DNA of 64,000 nucleotides, from the NCBI GenBank assembly GCA_043228905.1, contig JBHGNT010000017.1, positions 14,260,001-14,324,000 of the forward strand, given 5' to 3'. The notes beneath the pieces are model-generated. The model ran no database searches. It was given only the letters and a program-made list of their open reading frames with translations, and had not been told where the DNA came from. The stretch is from Azolla caroliniana (lineage: Eukaryota; Plantae; Polypodiophyta). Below are positions 61,601-64,000 of this stretch, one piece after another (position 1 is the first letter of the stretch; each line of letters starts with the position of its first letter). The translations under genes and the position numbers were made by a program.

Positions 61601-62931
61601 GAAGAAGAATTCGTTATGACTCAGCCCCCCGGATTTCAATCGGAGATGAACAAGTCGATGGTATGCCGACTGAAGAAGTCGCTTTACGGCTTGAAGCAAG
61701 CCCCCCGAGCTTGGAACGCGAAGATCACGCACCAGTTGCGTAAGCTGGGGTTTGTTGTCTCTAAGTCAGACTCTTCGTTGTTCATCCGGCAAGGCTCTGA
61801 CGGTCCAGTATGTGTACTCTTGTATGTGGATGATTTAGTCATCACCGGACCGGGTCTTCCCGAAATCAACCGCGTCAAGTCCCAGTTGTCGGACGCATTC
61901 GAAATGAAGGACCTGGGGGACCTTCATTATTTTCTTGGGCTCGAAGTGATCCGGACTGACGACGGCATATTGCTCTCACAACGACATTACGTGTTGAATA
62001 TGTTGTATAAGTTCGGCATGACGGATTGTCGACCTGTCTCCACACCCCTGGACCGGAACCAGAAGCTCCGTCCCAACTCCGGACCTGCCTCCAATGAGAA
62101 ACAGTTCCAACAGGTTGTCGGAAGCCTGATCTACTTAACCATCACCCGACCCGACATCAGCTATCCGGTCGGCATGGTAAGCCAATTCATGCAGAAGCCG
62201 ACCATGGAGCACCTTCAGTGTGCGCAACGAATATTACAGTATGTCAACGGCACTAAGGACCGGGGACTGCTATACCGGCGAGGTATACCCGAAGAGCTCG
62301 TCGGTTACACAGATGCTGACTAGGCCGGCGATGCGTCTGATCGCCGCTCCACTTCTGAATACATGTTCTCCATAGGTAGCGCGACCGTTGCGTGGAGCAG
62401 CAAGAAGCAGCCCACAGTGGCTTTGTCAAGCACTAAGGCTGAGTACCGGGCCGCTACCATTGCCACTTGTGAAGCCATCTTGCTTCGGCGATTGCTGCGA
62501 GACTTGCGGATCGAGGTACGGACCCCGATCCCGATTTACTGCGATAACATGAGCAGCCTGCAGCTCGCCAGGAACCCTTTGTTCCATGCTCGCACAAAGC
62601 ACATCGAGGTGCACTACCACTTCGTGCGTGAGCGGGTCCTGAGCGGTGAAGTTGACCTACGGTATGTTCATACGAATCGGCAAGTTGCCAACATCTTCAC
62701 CAAGCCGCTCGGATCGGACAAGTTGCAGCACTTTACCAACATGCTTGGTATTCAGCATCTCGACGTGCCGCACTTGAGGGGGAGAAGCAAGGGCAAAGTC
62801 TCTACCGAAACGGGCAAAGGCCAAAAACCTGTTGAACCCGTCGGTAAGAGGAGAGCCGGAAGAAGAGGAGACAAGAAGCTGAAGGAAGCCGAGTCGACGA
62901 AGGAAGTTGACACATCCGAACAGGTCGGAGC
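58666..62931 (+). pseudogene. Copia gag-pol with stops, frameshifts and small deletions
   Basis: CWYCGKKGHRESEC, WYVDSGAS, LWHKRIGH, YVDDL, YTDAD, FHARTKHIEVHYHF. Confidence 0.9.
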
Positions 62932-63445
62932 TGTTGGGAGACAGGTCCCTCCGGATGGGAAGGGAGAGGAACAGTGCCGAAGAACAGAGCCGGATGATAC
63001 AGACCCGGTGAGGACCGGATGAGGAGTACCCGGCTACGGAGAGCCAGATGATACAGTCACGGTGAAGATCGGATGAGGAGTACCCGGCTACGGAGAGCCG
63101 GATGATACAGTCCCGGTGAAGACCGGATGAGGAGTACCCGGCTACGGAGAGCCGGATGATACAGGCCCGGTGTGAACCGGATGAGGAGTACCCGGCTACG
63201 GAGAGCCGGATGGTGCAGGCCCGGTGTGAACCGGATGAGGAGTACCCGGCTACGGGGAGCCGGATGGTGCAGAACCAGTGAGAACCGGAGGAAGAGACAT
63301 ATTCGTAAATATGTTTCTGAGAGCCCATCGAGGCTATATTTGTAAATAGCCGAAAAGTCATATTAGTATAAATATGACTTAGGGCAAACTTTTAGTGTGT
63401 TGTTGTCATTTTCTGTTTTGCACGAGATCAGTGTGCGTAACTGTA

Positions 63446-63480
<35 letters not shown>

Positions 63481-63760
63481 CGTTGCCTCTGTTGTAACCG
63501 CCGACTGTGGCGAAGATTTGTGAGCACTAGGTCGGTGCCTCAGTGAACTCACTGTTGTATATTTCTACATAGTGACAGTTTGCAGCCTGTGGGCTACCGT
63601 GGTTTTTCCCCTAGTTTGGGGTTTTCCACATAAACCTCCTGTGTATTCTCTCCTTCTTTGTGTCTCGTTTTATTTCCCGTGTTTTTGTGTATCATTCTAA
63701 GCTCGGTTGTGGCCGAGCGTTGCGCATAAGGAACGTTGGCTTCCCGACAAGTGGTATCAG
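62932..63760 (+). mobile_element. Single LTR plus PBS of the Tork-like family, flanked by a 113-bp duplication
   Basis: LTR at 62932-63749 (54-bp repeats, related to 27967-28688), then TGGTATCAG; 62819-62931 is repeated at 63761-63873. Confidence 0.88.
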
Positions 63761-64000
63761 GGCCAAAAACCTGTTGAACCCGTCGGTAAGAGGAGAGCCG
63801 GAAGAAGAGGAGACAAGAAGCTGAAGGAAGCCGAGTCGACGAAGGAAGTTGACACATCCGAACAGGTCGAAGCAAGCGGCTGTGAAGAAGAGTTGTGCAC
63901 TCAGGAAGAGAAGCGCATGCTGTGCGGAGGTCATCACGATAGTACTGACCATGATATAGAGTCGAATGAAGAATTCGATTTTGGTTCACCGGCTGAAGAA

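Larger units (their letters stand above)
58149..64000 (+). mobile_element. Copia LTR retrotransposon extending beyond the window
   Basis: 5' LTR at 58149-58571, PBS TGGTATCAGAGC at 58572; LTR related to 48378-48815. Confidence 0.92.

Overview
Eukaryotic repeat-rich DNA with no host protein-coding genes. It is most likely a non-seed land plant, inferred from the plant-type intron-containing tRNA-Tyr and the Copia/Gypsy/LINE types present. The first ~27 kb is a tandem array of tRNA-Tyr(GTA) genes with a 13-nt intron: 22 full-length and 2 deleted copies in 538/598-bp units, with satellite-like higher-order structure. The array is interrupted by retroelements that all insert 12-142 bp upstream of a tRNA gene position. 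The most unusual is an endonuclease-less Penelope-like retroelement (1148-6352, minus strand). It has a coiled-coil/proline-rich ORF1, a canonical -1 frameshift signal leading into the RT frame, a minimal hammerhead ribozyme in its 3' UTR, an inverted internal fragment at its 5' end and a 198-bp flanking duplication. The other insertions are a young Tnt1/Tork-like Copia, a gag-less Gypsy (tRNA-Ala PBS, 4-bp TSD) and a three-level Copia>Copia>Gypsy nest (27.3-48.3 kb). Beyond 48.4 kb are truncated or degenerate Copia elements, a LINE and an LTR+PBS insertion flanked by a 113-bp duplication. All coordinates and identities were read by eye.
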